Shown here: positions 42,501 through 56,187 of the stretch, piece by piece
How positions within the stretch are numbered: the first letter of the stretch is position 1
Layout of the letters: each line of letters opens with the position of its first letter
Origin: Balanoglossus misakiensis
Taxonomy: Eukaryota > Animalia > Hemichordata
Length of the DNA: 64,000 nucleotides
Reading direction: 5' to 3'
NCBI GenBank assembly: GCA_040954595.2
Contig: CM082583.2
Coordinates: forward strand, 5,888,849 to 5,952,848
Made by a program: the position numbers and the translations under genes
The notes under the pieces: model-generated
What the model was told of the DNA's origin: nothing
Seen by the model: only the letters and a program-made list of their open reading frames with translations
The model's database searches: none

Positions 42501-45500
42501 CGACGTGCATGGAAGAATGCAAAATCCCTTCCTGTAGAGTAGAAGTGATCACTGTACACACTTCCTTTCAGGCCGTCATATTGCAAGCCTACTCATGTAA
42601 GTTGTGGGTTTCCTATCCCCCGGTTTTCTGAGATGTAACAACGTGTCACAGCAAGAAGTTGAATGATTTAGTAATAACGTATCTTCTCTAATGAACGTCA
42701 ATAACAATGTCCAGAAAAGTCTGTCGTCGCACGGTTGGAAGGACCGCGGTCTGCGTCATCGAGCGTAGACTGACAAAAAAGGGGTTATTCTCGTCTGACG
42801 GTATAGGTGTTGAGGTCCCTGTCGATCACGTTGCTTGAAATTCGCGAAGTGGTCGGGAAGAGGCATCAAATTCTCGTAGAAGTCTGAGCGACGACTGATA
42901 ATGGACTGCCTATGGCGGGAAGAAGCCCCGAGCTTTGAGGTAGAGCCCACTGAACTATTTTGACGTCCGTCGTTGATCATCCAGATAGCCGCCAATCAGA
43001 CTTTCGTCATCCATGACGTCATATCGATTTCACGTATAAAAAGTGCCATTGCACCCGTGATTGCATGCAAAGAATTTGTACTCGTGCCGGCTTCATCAGA
43101 GCTTTGACGGGCTTCAGTCAAATTAGAAGACATGTATTCCAACGACGGCGGTGCATGGGAGGGGGTCATGAAAAGTTCATTCAAAAATACAAAGTAACTC
43201 TTAGAAAAAAATTATACTCGGCGTGGAAGTGCAGTTTCAACATTTTATCGAAACTGAAGTATTGCCGGTCTACGCGATTACTAAATTCCCCGTTTTACAG
43301 CATAGGGGTCCGATTATCGGTGACTGACTGTAACACTATTTTCGAATGTGTATACGTTCCATCGTTTACCTATAATTATCAGTTATCTATACCACTCTAC
43401 GTGTTTTTATGCCTTCTTCGTATTTCTGGAAAAATCGTTTCCCCCCACTTGACACATTTCATAAAAATTTAATCAAAACGTACGTTATAAATAATACTAA
43501 AGGTGGCTTATCATTAGTGCAGACATTAAATTCATGTTGGTGATATATTCCGTCCGATAAATCGTGACGGGTAACTGATGCAGCTGCTGAGTAATTTTGA
43601 CATTGGATTTCCATGGTAACGTGCCACCTATAAGCCGCTGCACCCAATTATTAATTTGCCTTGTGTAAAGGTAGCAAATCGAACTAAAGACGCGTTACCT
43701 AGACTGCTGCCCACGGTGACGATGGCATCCGATCGGATTGGGAAGTAATTACGACGGCTCTGTCGGCGACATGATGAGACCTTAATATTTCTGGGAATTT
43801 ATTTTCGTCGATTCAAATGACGATAAATATTTGCTATTTGTTGTCATAACAGCAGGGGAAAAGTGTATGTATGTGTGTGGGGGTGGGTTCACCCACGGTC
43901 ACTCCACGCATCCCGTGCCCGGGCGCGTTGTTGGTAGCGCGGCATGGATACACGCGTAGAATGGGGACGTGGCACACCGCAGTTGGCGCGTGGCAAACAT
44001 ACCACGGTAATTGGATTGGCAGATTGGTTTGACCAGGGTCAAGTAGCCACACGACGTGATCTGCTGTCAGTCCCGACACATCCTGCCATCGCTTCTTGCA
44101 CGGAGTTAATACAAATGGGGCCATAAGCTAACGGTTTTGACTTTTAATAATCAATCACTTCAGACTAGGTATCTTGTGCCAATCTTACAGTAAGCAAACG
44201 AGGGAACAGAAGGTTGATGGGATTGGTACAATGTCATGCTGCTCGCATTTTTATTAATTTAAGTTTCACCCTATCACGTTATTTAAATCTTACTTCAGTC
44301 GACGCGTGACGGATCAAATGCTGGGAGATATAATTCAGCTATGAAATGGACAAAACAGACTTTGTGTTTTGATCAATTAAGTGGTAAAGGAGACAAGGGT
44401 ATCCACGTATATGCAGAGCATGATTCGGGATAAACTGTCATCGCTGTTTTTTGACGAAAACGCGTTTATTTGTTGAGTGGTCAATACCATGCACTTCAAG
44501 TTCGCGTGGTGTCTCAGTTCACAGCTAGCAGATGCTGCTGAAAGGGTCATGGTCGGATCCCTGCACTCTCTGTTTTCGAATAACCGCCTTCCCTGTCAAA
44601 TTTCAACATTTCCTGGCTCCATGTTCTGAAGCTATAGCAACGCATCGCCGCCTCTGCGTGAAATTGCCAAGGTTTTTTTTGAGCATCTGAAGGACATATA
44701 CAGGGAGGTTGGCGATGATTTAATTACGTTTCGGATGCATAGCGGGATTGTCAGCGCGGGAACCGTTGCTCCACCTTTTCCGAGACGGTCCAAAAGCCAC
44801 AAAACAAGGGGTAAGGGTCTGCGTGATTGACAGTGCAGTGCATGCAGGTATAGGTGAAAATCTTGGCGGTTTTTCCCAGCGCTTTTGTTCTGTTTACAAA
44901 TCACTGTTTCTCGGTCGTCACGGGCCGAGTGCCTATATACAAAGTGTGTCGGAATACTAGAAGTTTATATGTATTGGGGAAAACGTCTTGTATCTTACGT
45001 CTTACTATTGACGCGTTGTTAAAGTGAAATTTCGAAAGCGAGTACGTGATAGACGCAATTGTAACTTCCGTATCAGAGATACATGTATATCCCATCCGAT
45101 TGCAATAATTGAAATAAAATGGCTTTTACAGAGAAATGCATAGACGTGATTGCCAAAGGAATCCGAGACTCCTGTCGGCGGAAAATTCCAACCCTCTTCG
45201 GATGATGACAGTTAGGGAACTCGACTTTTCGGGACTTGGATAATAGAATATGCCGGGTCAATAATGAAATGTCTTATCTTTCCATTCGGATAACTCACGA
45301 GATAATGGTACTCGATCGCGGTAATTTGTCGGGTTAATTAATGTGCTGTGTGGGTGGCTGCACTGATTTTCAACCTGCGAGTCTGACCATCGACCAGATT
45401 GGCAAATCTTCACACGTGCAGTGGAGATGAAGGCTGTACTTTTTTACAATTAAAGTTCTTGCATTAAATTGTCTGATTAGCCGAGTCACACGATACAGGC

Positions 45501-45962
45501 GAGGTCAAACACGGCAACCGCCATCACTATGAACAGCGAGATGTGGCGCAACGCTAACGCTTACTGAGATTAATTATGCAATCACCTTGCAGTTTAATTC
45601 CATCATGCGCTGATTCGGGATAATTAAACAGAAAGGGGTCACCCAAGCGATACATCACCGGCATATTAATCAATTAATACCGGCCATGGATCACCTTGTG
45701 TGGAAACCTATATGTTTTGGTGGATCGCAAATTTAATGAACACTTCATGCCAACCCGAACCTACTCAAGATTCAGTTGCCAATACAAGGACTTGGTGTTT
45801 TTAGACAAGTTGTAAATGCGCATGCGGAATGAGGACGGAGTGATTTAGTCTTCACTGAATCACAAAAGATGAAAGTAAAGCGATAAGCGAACTTCCCATT
45901 TTACTCAAAATGACGAGGGGACTGTCCGGCTTTCTATGGTGGATTTTCAACCGAGAACATTT

Positions 45963-46709
45963 TCAGTGTTTTGAACTTTGTTGGGACGCCCCGCCGATAG
46001 TCTTTGCCAGCTTAGGGCTTAGAGGGCGCCCCCTCCTCGCCGGAACACCTTCAGTTTTCCTCACTTGCAGTGAGTCCAGTAACTTTAAGTGCTCTGTCCG
46101 CTGGCTGTAATAATTTTGGCGTTTCCATCGCAAGTCCTTGATCACTGGTCCCAGCTTGTACCGGTAATCAACGTTTGTCTCTTCTTTATGCCTGCGTTCG
46201 TTACTCCCGTATCGAATCGCACCCGTACCTCTGAAGTCCAACTTGTTTCTCGGATCCGGCGAGTCTTTCATTTTGGCGCACAATTTCTTCCTCGGATAAT
46301 GATCGCCGGCGACCCCGTTAACTGTGTCAGTGCTCAACCTTAACACTGGTTTGCTCCTGTCTCTCTTCAAGTGCCTCTCAACCGGCGGCAGCGAGTGAAC
46401 TTTCCCGCGCGGCACCTTCCCGTTGTCGTGTCCCCGCTCGCCGGTCCCCCACCTCCCCTCCAATTCAACTTGCTTGTGCAGATCGTCTTGCAGTGAAAGT
46501 GTGAGCATCCGGCCGCGTTTCTTGGTTTGGGGGACGCTACTGCATCGCTCAGGCTCCTCAGCCGGATGCGGTTTAGACGTGGCGAAATTCACCTTTGAAG
46601 TGATCGATATGAATTTCTTCTCGGCGATGCCCAAGCTTGACTTCCATTCCAGGGGTCTAAGATGGAAAGTCCTGCCCTCAGCCTTGGGCTCTTGCAGCAG
46701 TTTTCTCGC
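45963..46709 (-). CDS. Probable terminal coding exon (248 aa + stop) of an uncharacterised basic, low-complexity protein
   Basis: 747-nt open frame, more GC-rich than its flanks, opening exactly at a pyrimidine-rich acceptor (cttctctttatcactcag|GCG AGA) in phase 0. No recognisable domain. Confidence 0.65.
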   Translation of the reverse strand, partial: ARKLLQEPKAEGRTFHLRPLEWKSSLGIAEKKFISITSKVNFATSKPHPAEEPERCSSVPQTKKRGRMLTLSLQDDLHKQVELEGRWGTGERGHDNGKVPRGKVHSLPPVERHLKRDRSKPVLRLSTDTVNGVAGDHYPRKKLCAKMKDSPDPRNKLDFRGTGAIRYGSNERRHKEETNVDYRYKLGPVIKDLRWKRQNYYSQRTEHLKLLDSLQVRKTEGVPARRGRPLSPKLAKTIGGASQQSSKH

Positions 46710-49700
46710 CTGAGTGATAAAGAGAAGTAGTGACACTAAGCATCAATCTTACGTGGCCCATGAAGTAACATTTTCCATATTTCAAATTAAAAAGATCTGA
46801 GTAAAGAGTATAATTCCGCAAAGGTTATGAACTCTCTTTAGTTCACATTCGAAGACATTGAGTCTTTAACAAAGATCTCAAAATCGATAATGATTCGCCA
46901 TTCTGCGCCCGTTTAAAAATACTATATAGCGCGTGTAATGTATACGCGACAAGTACAAAGTCATCAAACCTCTGTAGGCAACTACATGTTAGTTAGGACA
47001 GAAAAGCAAAGATCGGACAATCTCACAGAAATGTACCGAGTTCTAAAGTCGATGGACTTTTTTTCTGTTTAGTTTCCTAGACATTTTCGAATTCCTGTTG
47101 CCTGACAGACAGCGCTGCAGATCGATGGATTTCGCGCGAACAGTCACTGACGCGTAACCAATAGCCAGGGCTACATTAAACAAAACACGTCCCATTAAAA
47201 TCCCATCTATGTAGTCCGTGGTTAACTAACTATGAGTCGCTTGCAAATGTAACCGCAACGCCACCGGGACTACACATCCAGATAGCATCTGTTCCGCGGG
47301 GATGTTATGGGTATATGACCTTTGAATTTCAAAAGATACCCGCTCATCATCGCGTATTGAGTAAGCTTAGACACTGCATAAACCATCAGAGGAAATCAGC
47401 ACCGAGTAACGCCGTCGCGTCGACGGTAATCGAACTCGCCTGACGGACGCGTCTGGTTTGCTTTGCTCTGTTCCTCCCAAAGCTCGAATGCGCAGACCGC
47501 ATCAAAATGACATCTGACGGAGACACCTGCCAAACTGCACAATGCAATCATGGAAGGTCAGAGAGTAATTTTCAAGGTCGGGCAGGGGAACCAAAGACGA
47601 TATTCCCCTGTTAGTGCAAAATACCATTGGTGTACACTATAATTCTTTTAAGGAAAATGACCGCGCGGCTAATTAAGAAAATCGCCACTAATGCTTCACA
47701 TGCGCTAAACCCCTCTCCTTTTACCGGCAAACATGTCAGGGCGACAACGCACGCTCCCAGCAGCGCACTAATTTCAAGGGGCAAGTTCGCACAACCCTTG
47801 TAAGGAGGTTCTACCCAAAATATTATAAACGTTCACAATTTTGTTATAGATAAATTTGATGATCTGCACGTAGAACGAAACAAGGAGGGAGACATCATAG
47901 CAGGGCCAAAGGTCAAAATCTGGTATGAATAATTCGGCTGAACATTGCACAGCCCCACTAAATCAGGGCCGTCAAAAGGTCGCATGCCGGTGTTATTTCT
48001 AAAACGATTTTTCTGCACGGGTGCAATGAGAGGCAGTCTCGCAACTGGTACTACTACGTATACGCTGTTTCTGATTGGTCGATTCCATTATTCAAACAGG
48101 TGCACAGCAGGTGCATAAGTGCTCCAACCTCACGAGAATTAACCTTCCAAAGTGCTTCACGCATTTCTCGCTATAAAGATATCCACATGCACAGCACTGC
48201 CGAGTGTATGTGTCGAACGAATAATTATCATATATCACAGTATAGGTCTGTCTGAACGTGTCTATCTGAATTGCTAACAGAAGTCCAGAAACTCGCCATG
48301 TTGGTCATTTCTGTCTGGCGCATGCGTCAGTGGATTTCAAAATGAAAACAACTCTCCAGAGACCAGGGCAGGGTACCTATAATGAAATGACGCAACTGCT
48401 CCCATCCATTATTTAGCATTGTTTGCGTGTTTCTGTAATCAGAAATGATTATACATATCTATCACGTGGCACTATTTTAGGTGAGTAATCACAAAGCTCG
48501 GAGATAAACCATGTAACGTCGAACCCACACAGATTTCCAAACATTACAGTCAACATCCATACGAAAAAAATCGATAAGAAGTGTTAATGCTCCACCAGTA
48601 GCTTTTTCAGCTGTTTTTTTATATATTTCGTCTGGGTGTCAACTTCCCTGACGCCCCTTCAAAATTGCATAGTGGTAGTGGTTACTCCACCTGTGAACAT
48701 TCACTGTTGTCATTTCTTTGAAAATACCAGTGAATCCTGACTGGACTTGAGTACAAAATGTCAATAATGACGGCTGTCGTCACATTTATGCAGGCTGTGT
48801 AATGTTAGCAAGCAGAAGATTGGGCGTTTGAGTATGCCGGGGGGGGGGGGGGTTAAATAAGAAACAGTACGTGTCTATAGTTGCGCAAAAAGACTGAAAA
48901 CCTGGCCAAGAGACTTTTTACAGGAGTCCTGGTATTGTTGTGACATTATGCGCCAATATATTCCTTTAATCGTGTTACCGAGAATTCATAATAAATAATC
49001 CACTTTTGGGGGGGGGGGGGGTAAAAAAATATCATCCGAATAGAGTCGTCTGGTTAACACCGTCAATGCGTTCACGTCTATAGCATAGCAACCCTTAAAT
49101 CATATACGATGACCTATGCTGGAACTCCTTGAAAACTAAACCAGTGCGTCATTTGGAGTTTTATAGACTATTAATCAGGTGGCCCGGATTAAAGGGTCAC
49201 ACCAGGTGGGGAGACCCAGAAGTGGGAAGACTTGGAAAAGTGCACGCCCCGGCATTTCAGGACCCGGTCGTGCAGTGTACATGGTTTATTTCAATATTTG
49301 TTTGCGTAACTCTGCAACCGATCAGTCTATACGTATACACGTGTGTTGGATTACAGGGTATATAAAAAAGTTCCAGTGTATTAAAAGAACATCGAACTAG
49401 TGAAGTCAGTGAAATAAATAATTGTTGTGTGTCAACAAAGTAAATAACCCCTTTACGAGTGTGCAAACAGTGGCTCGTATAAGATGGCAGCGACAGCGCA
49501 CCCGGCCATGCCCATGCACGGTGTTCCGCAAATTCACAACAATTTTTTTACTTCGTGAAATTAACGTCCGTTCATTTTTCACATTCATAAACACTTTAAG
49601 CAGCTTTCACTGGCAGTTCATTTAGTCGTCTACTTAACAAGCAATGGGAATAAATAATATTTAAAAAATAAACACTCTTTCTGATCTACCTACCCTATAT

Positions 49701-49907
49701 TTTGGAAAGTGTGTTATGGGATTTTTTTCTGGTCTGATATGTCTCAGCAAACTGATATGCTAGACATATCTTGTTTATTCGTCATGGTTACGAAATGAGT
49801 TTCTTTCAGAAAGCGCCCGCTGTTTATCTGGGGATTCTTGTCAAATCAGACAGTCCCATTGAAGACTTAGTTAACGGCCATAAGAAAGTATATGAGAACC
49901 TACCTAC

Positions 49908-50003
49908 CTTAAATACATTTCTGTTAATCGGCCTTTTGCATGTTGGCAGTCCAAACGGAGGGCTTGTGACCGAGCCCAGTTCCGGCGGTGGATGTATACT
50001 CAT
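49908..50003 (-). CDS. Probable first coding exon of the same orphan gene (MSIHPPPELGSVTSPPFGLPTCKRPINRNVFK)
   Basis: Exon 50045-49908 is bounded by the acceptor ttcattcaactccag and donor AAG|GTAGGT; ATG lies in ACCATCATG context; the phase-0 donor joins the 46709 exon in frame (280 aa total). Confidence 0.5.
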
Positions 50004-53000
50004 GATGGTCGACGTTTTCCTCGTTCTGTGACGTCTTCCGTGTGCCTGGAGTTGAATGAAAATTGGAACTTACTTTCTATAGCTTAGGAATGCCCTTAAA
50101 TAAAGCACACTTGGACTGCTATTAGTCGACAAACACTGCTCTCATTCGTGATATGAATTTGGACACTGAACACAAACATTAGTTTAATACTTGTATGTTG
50201 CGTCAAGTCCGTTGTACCACTACCGATAGGCGGCCACCTGCTTGTTGACTTTGCGATTAGTCCGTTTTAAATGCTCTCCGCAAGTAGTCATGTAGTTTGT
50301 TATTATATCGTTTTGTGTTCAGTATATGGTGTTCGGGGCGACCCCGAACGTAATGGAGCGCGCGTCCCTGCACTGACCCAAGACCAAGTACCCGAGTTCA
50401 TATCGGGCTGTGTATACATTCAAACGCAGAAATCCTGCAGCTTTTCATACTTACATTTACGACTCGCGTCGTCACACTTCACGGCACCGACATCGTGCGA
50501 AATCAAGAGCACGTATGGAATGTATGCCACCAAGAAAACACTTAATTGAAAACTGCCTGATCAAAGTTCAAAGACAGGGCCACGTAACCACGGCCATTAG
50601 CAACTGCCCGTCGGCATGTGCCGGGTCTGATAATACGCATGTCGTGTTTTGTACTTATCGATGATATACACAGCAGAAAGTCGAAGTCCGCCACTTAGGC
50701 CCTAATCAACAGGTTGCATGCTACTTACTTTTGTGAGGAAAATAGAAAACTATTGGTGAATTGCGGAGAGCCTGAAATAAGTGTGGAAAGATCGATTCAA
50801 GTAGCAATAAAGTATGCTTACCCTCTTTGGGAGCACGTCGGTTGGTACCAACGGTGGAAATTTCTGTCGTACGCGGTCCCTGCATGTTTCAGCGCCCGTC
50901 ATTACGTCAACGGAACAGCGGCGTGGTTTCATGCTTATCCCATTAAAAGTTTAGCGCGAGGAGGAAGCGTCTTTTATGGACACGTCTTGTCGCACCATAG
51001 AGAGTAGCAAGGGCTGCCTATAGCCACACGGGGCAAAATGACACGGTGTACGCAAAAAGGCAAGACGCGCATTTGAACACGGAATTCTTCAGGTGTTATA
51101 AACAGCGGCTGGTCGCCGTCGCGTCTTTGTCAATTTTAGCACGGTCGTGTGAAGCAAACAAGTGCTCGCTTGTAACAAACCTCCACTCAACTATATATCC
51201 GCTAATTCGCTGAATCGCTTTGCATTATGCTGTGGGGTCGCCTCTGTTATTCCCCTGACCAACCAACCGTCCCGCTGCAACAATGCCAAGCCATGGCAAC
51301 ACAGCCTCTGCTGGTCTTTGGCCGGCATGGCTGGATTTAGCAACTTTTTTACAGATGAAAAGGCTTCTTTCAGCAGCATTGTGTGGGTCATTTGGTTTCA
51401 AAAACATTTCTTTTCGACACCAGCGTGTGTGGAGTGACCGTGTTAATCAGAGCGATTTAAAATGCCTAACGCACTGCTCAAAGTGTTATTGCATCCGTCT
51501 GGGCGCTGTAAGAAAATATATACAGGCAAACAATGTGACCATCAACACCTTTTTATTTGGGCACCACTAGCTCGTACGTGGGTGAAACGATATCGATACT
51601 ATATGCATCAGAATTCCGGTACTTTGTTCATGTAGAACGAGCCTACTTCAAATGAATCAGCTTTGCTGGTGTCGCGAAATATAAGAAATTCTGTAGAACT
51701 TCGAAATCAAACCAGATCTGACAGGTTCACCAAAATTCCCTTGTGAGGCCTTGGCTGGAGTATCATCATGAGGGCCTGCTTATTTTTTTAAAAATGAAAC
51801 ACACAGGACTGGTTTCATCAACAACTCTGCATCTCGCTGTGAAATGGTCATATTAGTGATAATAATACCAGATCACAGCATGAATCAACCTGAAGTAACC
51901 CTGTCCCTGGGCGTCGACAGAAACAGTCGTACATACACACATAAAGACACGGACTCGCCTTGGAATAAAAGACGAATATTAATCGCAGATCGGTCAAACA
52001 TAAAACTAACTGCTCAAGGCGTCAACAAACGTTTGTGCGCAGTACATACAATCTGTACACTGCGATTGAAAGGCCAACCATGGGCCAAACCAAATGGAGA
52101 ATAATCGTTCCTTGTATAAAAAAAAATATATACATTGAACAATTCTGAGTGTGCCTTTGTATTGATATATGCAAGGCAGCCACAATGCAGCTCGGCTGTC
52201 CTTGGTTTTAGTAGGCAGTATCATGTACTGCTGGGCTTGTAATTATCCATGCTTCGATTATAGTGAATGAATACATACGCCTGTAGCCTAAGATAAGCTT
52301 TCTTTGTTCCAACTTGTTAGATTTTTGCTTGTGAGACAATTTCACCAATTCACACTGTGATGTGGGTACATGTGAGGAGGAATGTGTTCTATTTTCAGCT
52401 ATTTTACTTAAAGAGGTGCGGAAGTTACTTAGTTACTGCATCAACAGGTGGTTGGACACAAGAGAGTGCATTTCTAATGATCACATTCATTATGTTTGAT
52501 TCACATTCAAAACTACAATGTTTACATGATATCACACTCCTGCTCTGCCTTTAGTTATAGTGGTATAACATGTAAAATAAAAGTAGTTTAAAATTGTTTT
52601 TGTTTTTTTAAATACAGGAATGTATATGTGTGTACACAGAAGGCTCCTGGAACCTTTTCATTGAAAACTACTTTGAAGATTAATTCTGAAATAAAGTACC
52701 TAGTAAAATGCTACAGGGAGATGTGGGCAGGTGCGTTTACGCTAGCTGTTAGCCTCAGTGCCCTCACTGAAGATATTACGGACCCTGATTAACATGGACG
52801 TAAGCAGAGCCCATTAAGGACTTCTAACATGAAACAAAAAATACCGGGGAATTTTGTCAAGGTTGATCCAAGGCCTACCAAAATGCTGCTGCTAAGATTG
52901 CTTTGATTATGTTTCACAATCACGGATCAATGAAGGTGCCCTTCTATCCACTATACTTGTAAGAAGCAGTGTGAACTCTCTCTCAATATATTGACACAAT

Positions 53001-53744
53001 AAAAGATCAGGGCTTTCTTATTAAGAGACGTACCACACAAAAGGGTATGCGAGGTGCCCAGGGGGGATTCAACACTTTCCACACCAAAGCAATGGCTCTG
53101 AGCGAATGACCTCATCAAATGTGCGTTGAACTTCACAGGGGTTCATGACCAGCCAAGTAAGAAATACTAGGCATTAAGCATTAGTCACTGCAGTGTTACG
53201 TGAGCGGAGTGGAGTGGATGTGCACAGAAATTATGTTCACACAAGTCATCGTCAATGTCACAGTCCCCACTTGATTATGCGGAAATCATGAGCTGTTTCC
53301 CCACAGACAATTGCTTCGTAATGATGTCATTCATCGTGATCAAAAGTTAGTGCCTAGTCTATAAAACTATGCAGTACACAGCAACTAAACCTTTTCTAGT
53401 ACTGGTGTTACCATTCTAATATATTCATATATATTTATAAATTATATTAAATGTTGGCTTTTGCCTGTTCTGTATGTCAAAGATAATTATATAGGTTCTT
53501 TACCCTTGACCTATGACCTAAAACGTTTGCTGAATACAAGTTTTAAAGGAGATTGTAATTTATGTTGAAAGATGATCCGCTTCATATAAAAGCTGTATTT
53601 CATACATACCCACAAAGCATGCTATGCTTGTCAACTGACAGTGAAAATGAGATATTGACGTCCTAGCTCTGAAGCATATTCTGTGGGAAGCATGTACGCA
53701 AAGCAGTGGGGAAGGGGTATGAGAACTAGGTTTCCTTCATCACC

Positions 53745-53879
53745 TTATTCTTCGACTTGTCGTCTCAGCTCTGCGATATTCTGTTCAAGCAGGCAGGCCT
53801 CCTCGTTCCACTGCCTGTTCCTCACCTGGGCTTCTTTCAGCTGTCTCTTCAATCTTGTCAGCTTGGCCAGATTGCGTTT
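53745..53879 (-). CDS. CCDC122: CCDC122-like coiled-coil protein, exon 10 (terminal): KRNLAKLTRLKRQLKEAQVRNRQWNEEACLLEQNIAELRRQVEE*
   Basis: Acceptor gcacag|AAA, phase 0; closely resembles the CCDC122 C-terminus as I recall it (KR...L.RL..Q......RQW......LE...AELR). Confidence 0.75.
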   Translation of the reverse strand, partial: KRNLAKLTRLKRQLKEAQVRNRQWNEEACLLEQNIAELRRQVEE

Positions 53880-54455
53880 CTGTGCGAGTGACACAACGAA
53901 ATAACACTGTAAGCAATTATCCCCTCTGTTTATCAAGCAATTGCAGTGGGAGAGTTTAGGTTACTTATGAGTGGGCATCCAGCAAAAAAAGATCCACACA
54001 GACAGATTAAAAAAAGACTTGAAATTACCGCTGTGATATTAATTCTTTTTCACTGGATTCTTCGCAATGTAAATATATTCATTGAAATGAATGGTGAACA
54101 ATTTACGTTTTAAACACATAAGTGCTTGTGCTCATTTAATAGACACTATGACTTAATTGAGAACGTCGTAGTGCCTCGAGGGAATCCAGGATTGATTATG
54201 TATTGAGCGGGGTATGTACTGTAAAGTTTAAATCACAGAACCGAAGCGGGCTTCATGAATTCAGTTACATGGTATTCAAACATGCACAGACCAACATTTT
54301 CAAGATATACTAAGAGTTGCTCAGCTCAGGAGTCACTGATAAATCTTCTTGTGCATCGATGTAATAGAAATTTCAGCTTGTATGGATGTTTTACTGGAAT
54401 ATGAGAACTAGCAGCACAATCAACCAAAACCTGGAAAAAGTACATGTATACTCAC

Positions 54456-54512
54456 ATGTAAAATCTCAATATCTTGTTTGACTTGCCCCTGTCTGTCCTT
54501 CACTGACTTCAA
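54456..54512 (-). CDS. CCDC122: CCDC122-like exon 9: LKSVKDRQGQVKQDIEILH
   Basis: caacag|TTG...CAT|gtgagt; 57 nt, phase 0-0. Confidence 0.75.
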
Positions 54513-55303
54513 CTGTTGATGAATCAATTCAATAGAAATATGTAACACACTAATTTTGTCATTTAGGAAAGAATTAAGAAGCGAGGGGCCATTATAAGCA
54601 CGCACAGTTTTCTATAGATACATTTCACCAGTTTGACAATCTATCAGCTCTTTCTTTGAGTCAAATCAAGTTAATTCACAAGTGTCAATGTGGACATTAT
54701 TTGCATCAGCTATGGATTCATCATATTTGTGAAACGGGATATTCCCATTCTGTGTTGGTGCTGTCCTCTATAACCTTGCCAAACGCCGTCTTAATGCAGC
54801 CAGTAGTTTCTGACTTTTCCTTGTTTACAGAATTTACTGTCCACATGATACTGCATAGGTACACTGATCCTTGGGTCAGTCACACTTAACAACTCTAAGT
54901 TAACCAGGACATGCATCAGAATACCAAATGAATATTACCTGATGGGCATAAACTGCCTCTCTACAGCAGAAATAAAATGTAAATACAAATGTTTCAAATG
55001 TAATATGAAATTAACAGTATAGAAAACATTTTCCAATTTCCGAAAAGTAGCCGTTTTTTAAACTTTTTTCAAGGAAATTAGTGTTTTGTTCACAGTACAA
55101 TATATTTCGATATTTTTCTATGATTATTTTCAAGATGTTTGCGAGTGTGCAGAAAGAAAAGAATAAACTGTGAAATTTCCATAGAAATAATGAAGGAGCC
55201 ATCTTTGGGTTGTATGGATTTGAATATTTCATTGAAAAAAACTAATAATTAAATTATGAATTCAATTAATAGTACAATTTGCAAAAATTGCTAGTCACTC
55301 CAG

Positions 55304-55735
55304 AAGGGTCAGTGTCTGGAAATTTCCAGACACTCAGGGAATGTGAGAGCCTGGAAATTTCCAAGCACTGGCAAGGGTCAGTGGTCGGAAATTTCCGGAC
55401 ACTCAGGGAATGTGAGAGCCTGGAAATTTCCAAGCACTGACAAGGTTCAGTGGTCGGAAATTTCCAGACACTCAGGGAATGTGAGAGCCTGGAAATTTCC
55501 AAGCACTGACAAGGGTCAGTGGTCGGAAATTTCCGAACACTCAGGGAATGTGAGAGCCTGGAAATTTCCAAGCACTGACAAGGGTCAGTGGTCGGAAATT
55601 TCCAGACACTCAGGGAATGTGAGAGCTTAGAAATTTCCAAGCACTGACAGGGTCAGTGGTCGGAAATTTCCAGACACTCGGGGAATGTGAGAGCCTGGAA
55701 ATTTCCAAGCATTGACAGGGTCAGTGCTTGGAAAT
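55304..55735 (-). repeat. Tandem array of a 69-bp unit, ~6.3 copies (left arm)
   Basis: Unit starts at 55304, 55373, 55442, 55511, 55580, ~55649; the 23-aa periodicity in the ORF track confirms 69 bp. Confidence 0.95.
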
Positions 55736-55756
55736 CTTGAGTTTCTCTATCATGTT

Positions 55757-56016
55757 TCAAATTATGGCCTTTAGGAAAACGATCTGTTGAGGAACTGCGC
55801 CTGTGTTTATATCTTCAACCCTACGGATGAGATTGGTCATTTGACTGCGGTGGCCTCTTCTGCTGTTCTTCTCTCTCTCTCCATGCCCGACATCCTGGTC
55901 TCGGCACTAACAAATGTACCGCGTACACTTGGGAATAGGTTCGGAATGAAGAGAGAGGGGCGGGATGGCCAATACTTCTTTATAAACAGTGGTTTGAACT
56001 GTGACATTTGGTAACA
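55757..56016 (-). mobile_element. BEL/Pao-like LTR retrotransposon 5' fragment: short LTR (56016-55915), tRNA-His-like PBS (55909-55892), frameshifted gag start
   Basis: A TGTTAC...GTACA 102-bp segment is followed by TAGTGCCGAGACCAGGAT (16/18 to TGGTGCCGTGACCAGGAT). Removing one AG from the (GA)n run gives MEREKNSRRGHRSQMTNLIRRVEDIN, resembling BEL/Pao Gag starts (R.GHR...T.LI). Confidence 0.55.
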
Positions 56017-56187
56017 CTGCATAATTCAAGAACAATAGCATTTGGTAGTTGTGAAGTTGTGACTTTGTATACAGAGTAGAAAGAACAATTATGTCAGATA
56101 AACAATACCAATTCCCAATAAACAACTAGTGTATGGGCTAACTCAGAGGAGTTGGTAGGCGAAGCCTGTCATGAACATTGTGACGCT

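Noticed and set aside
47400-47450. tRNA/SINE B-box-like GAGTTCGATT (similar motifs near 13088 and 32010)
   Set aside because: No A-box or cloverleaf could be built around them.
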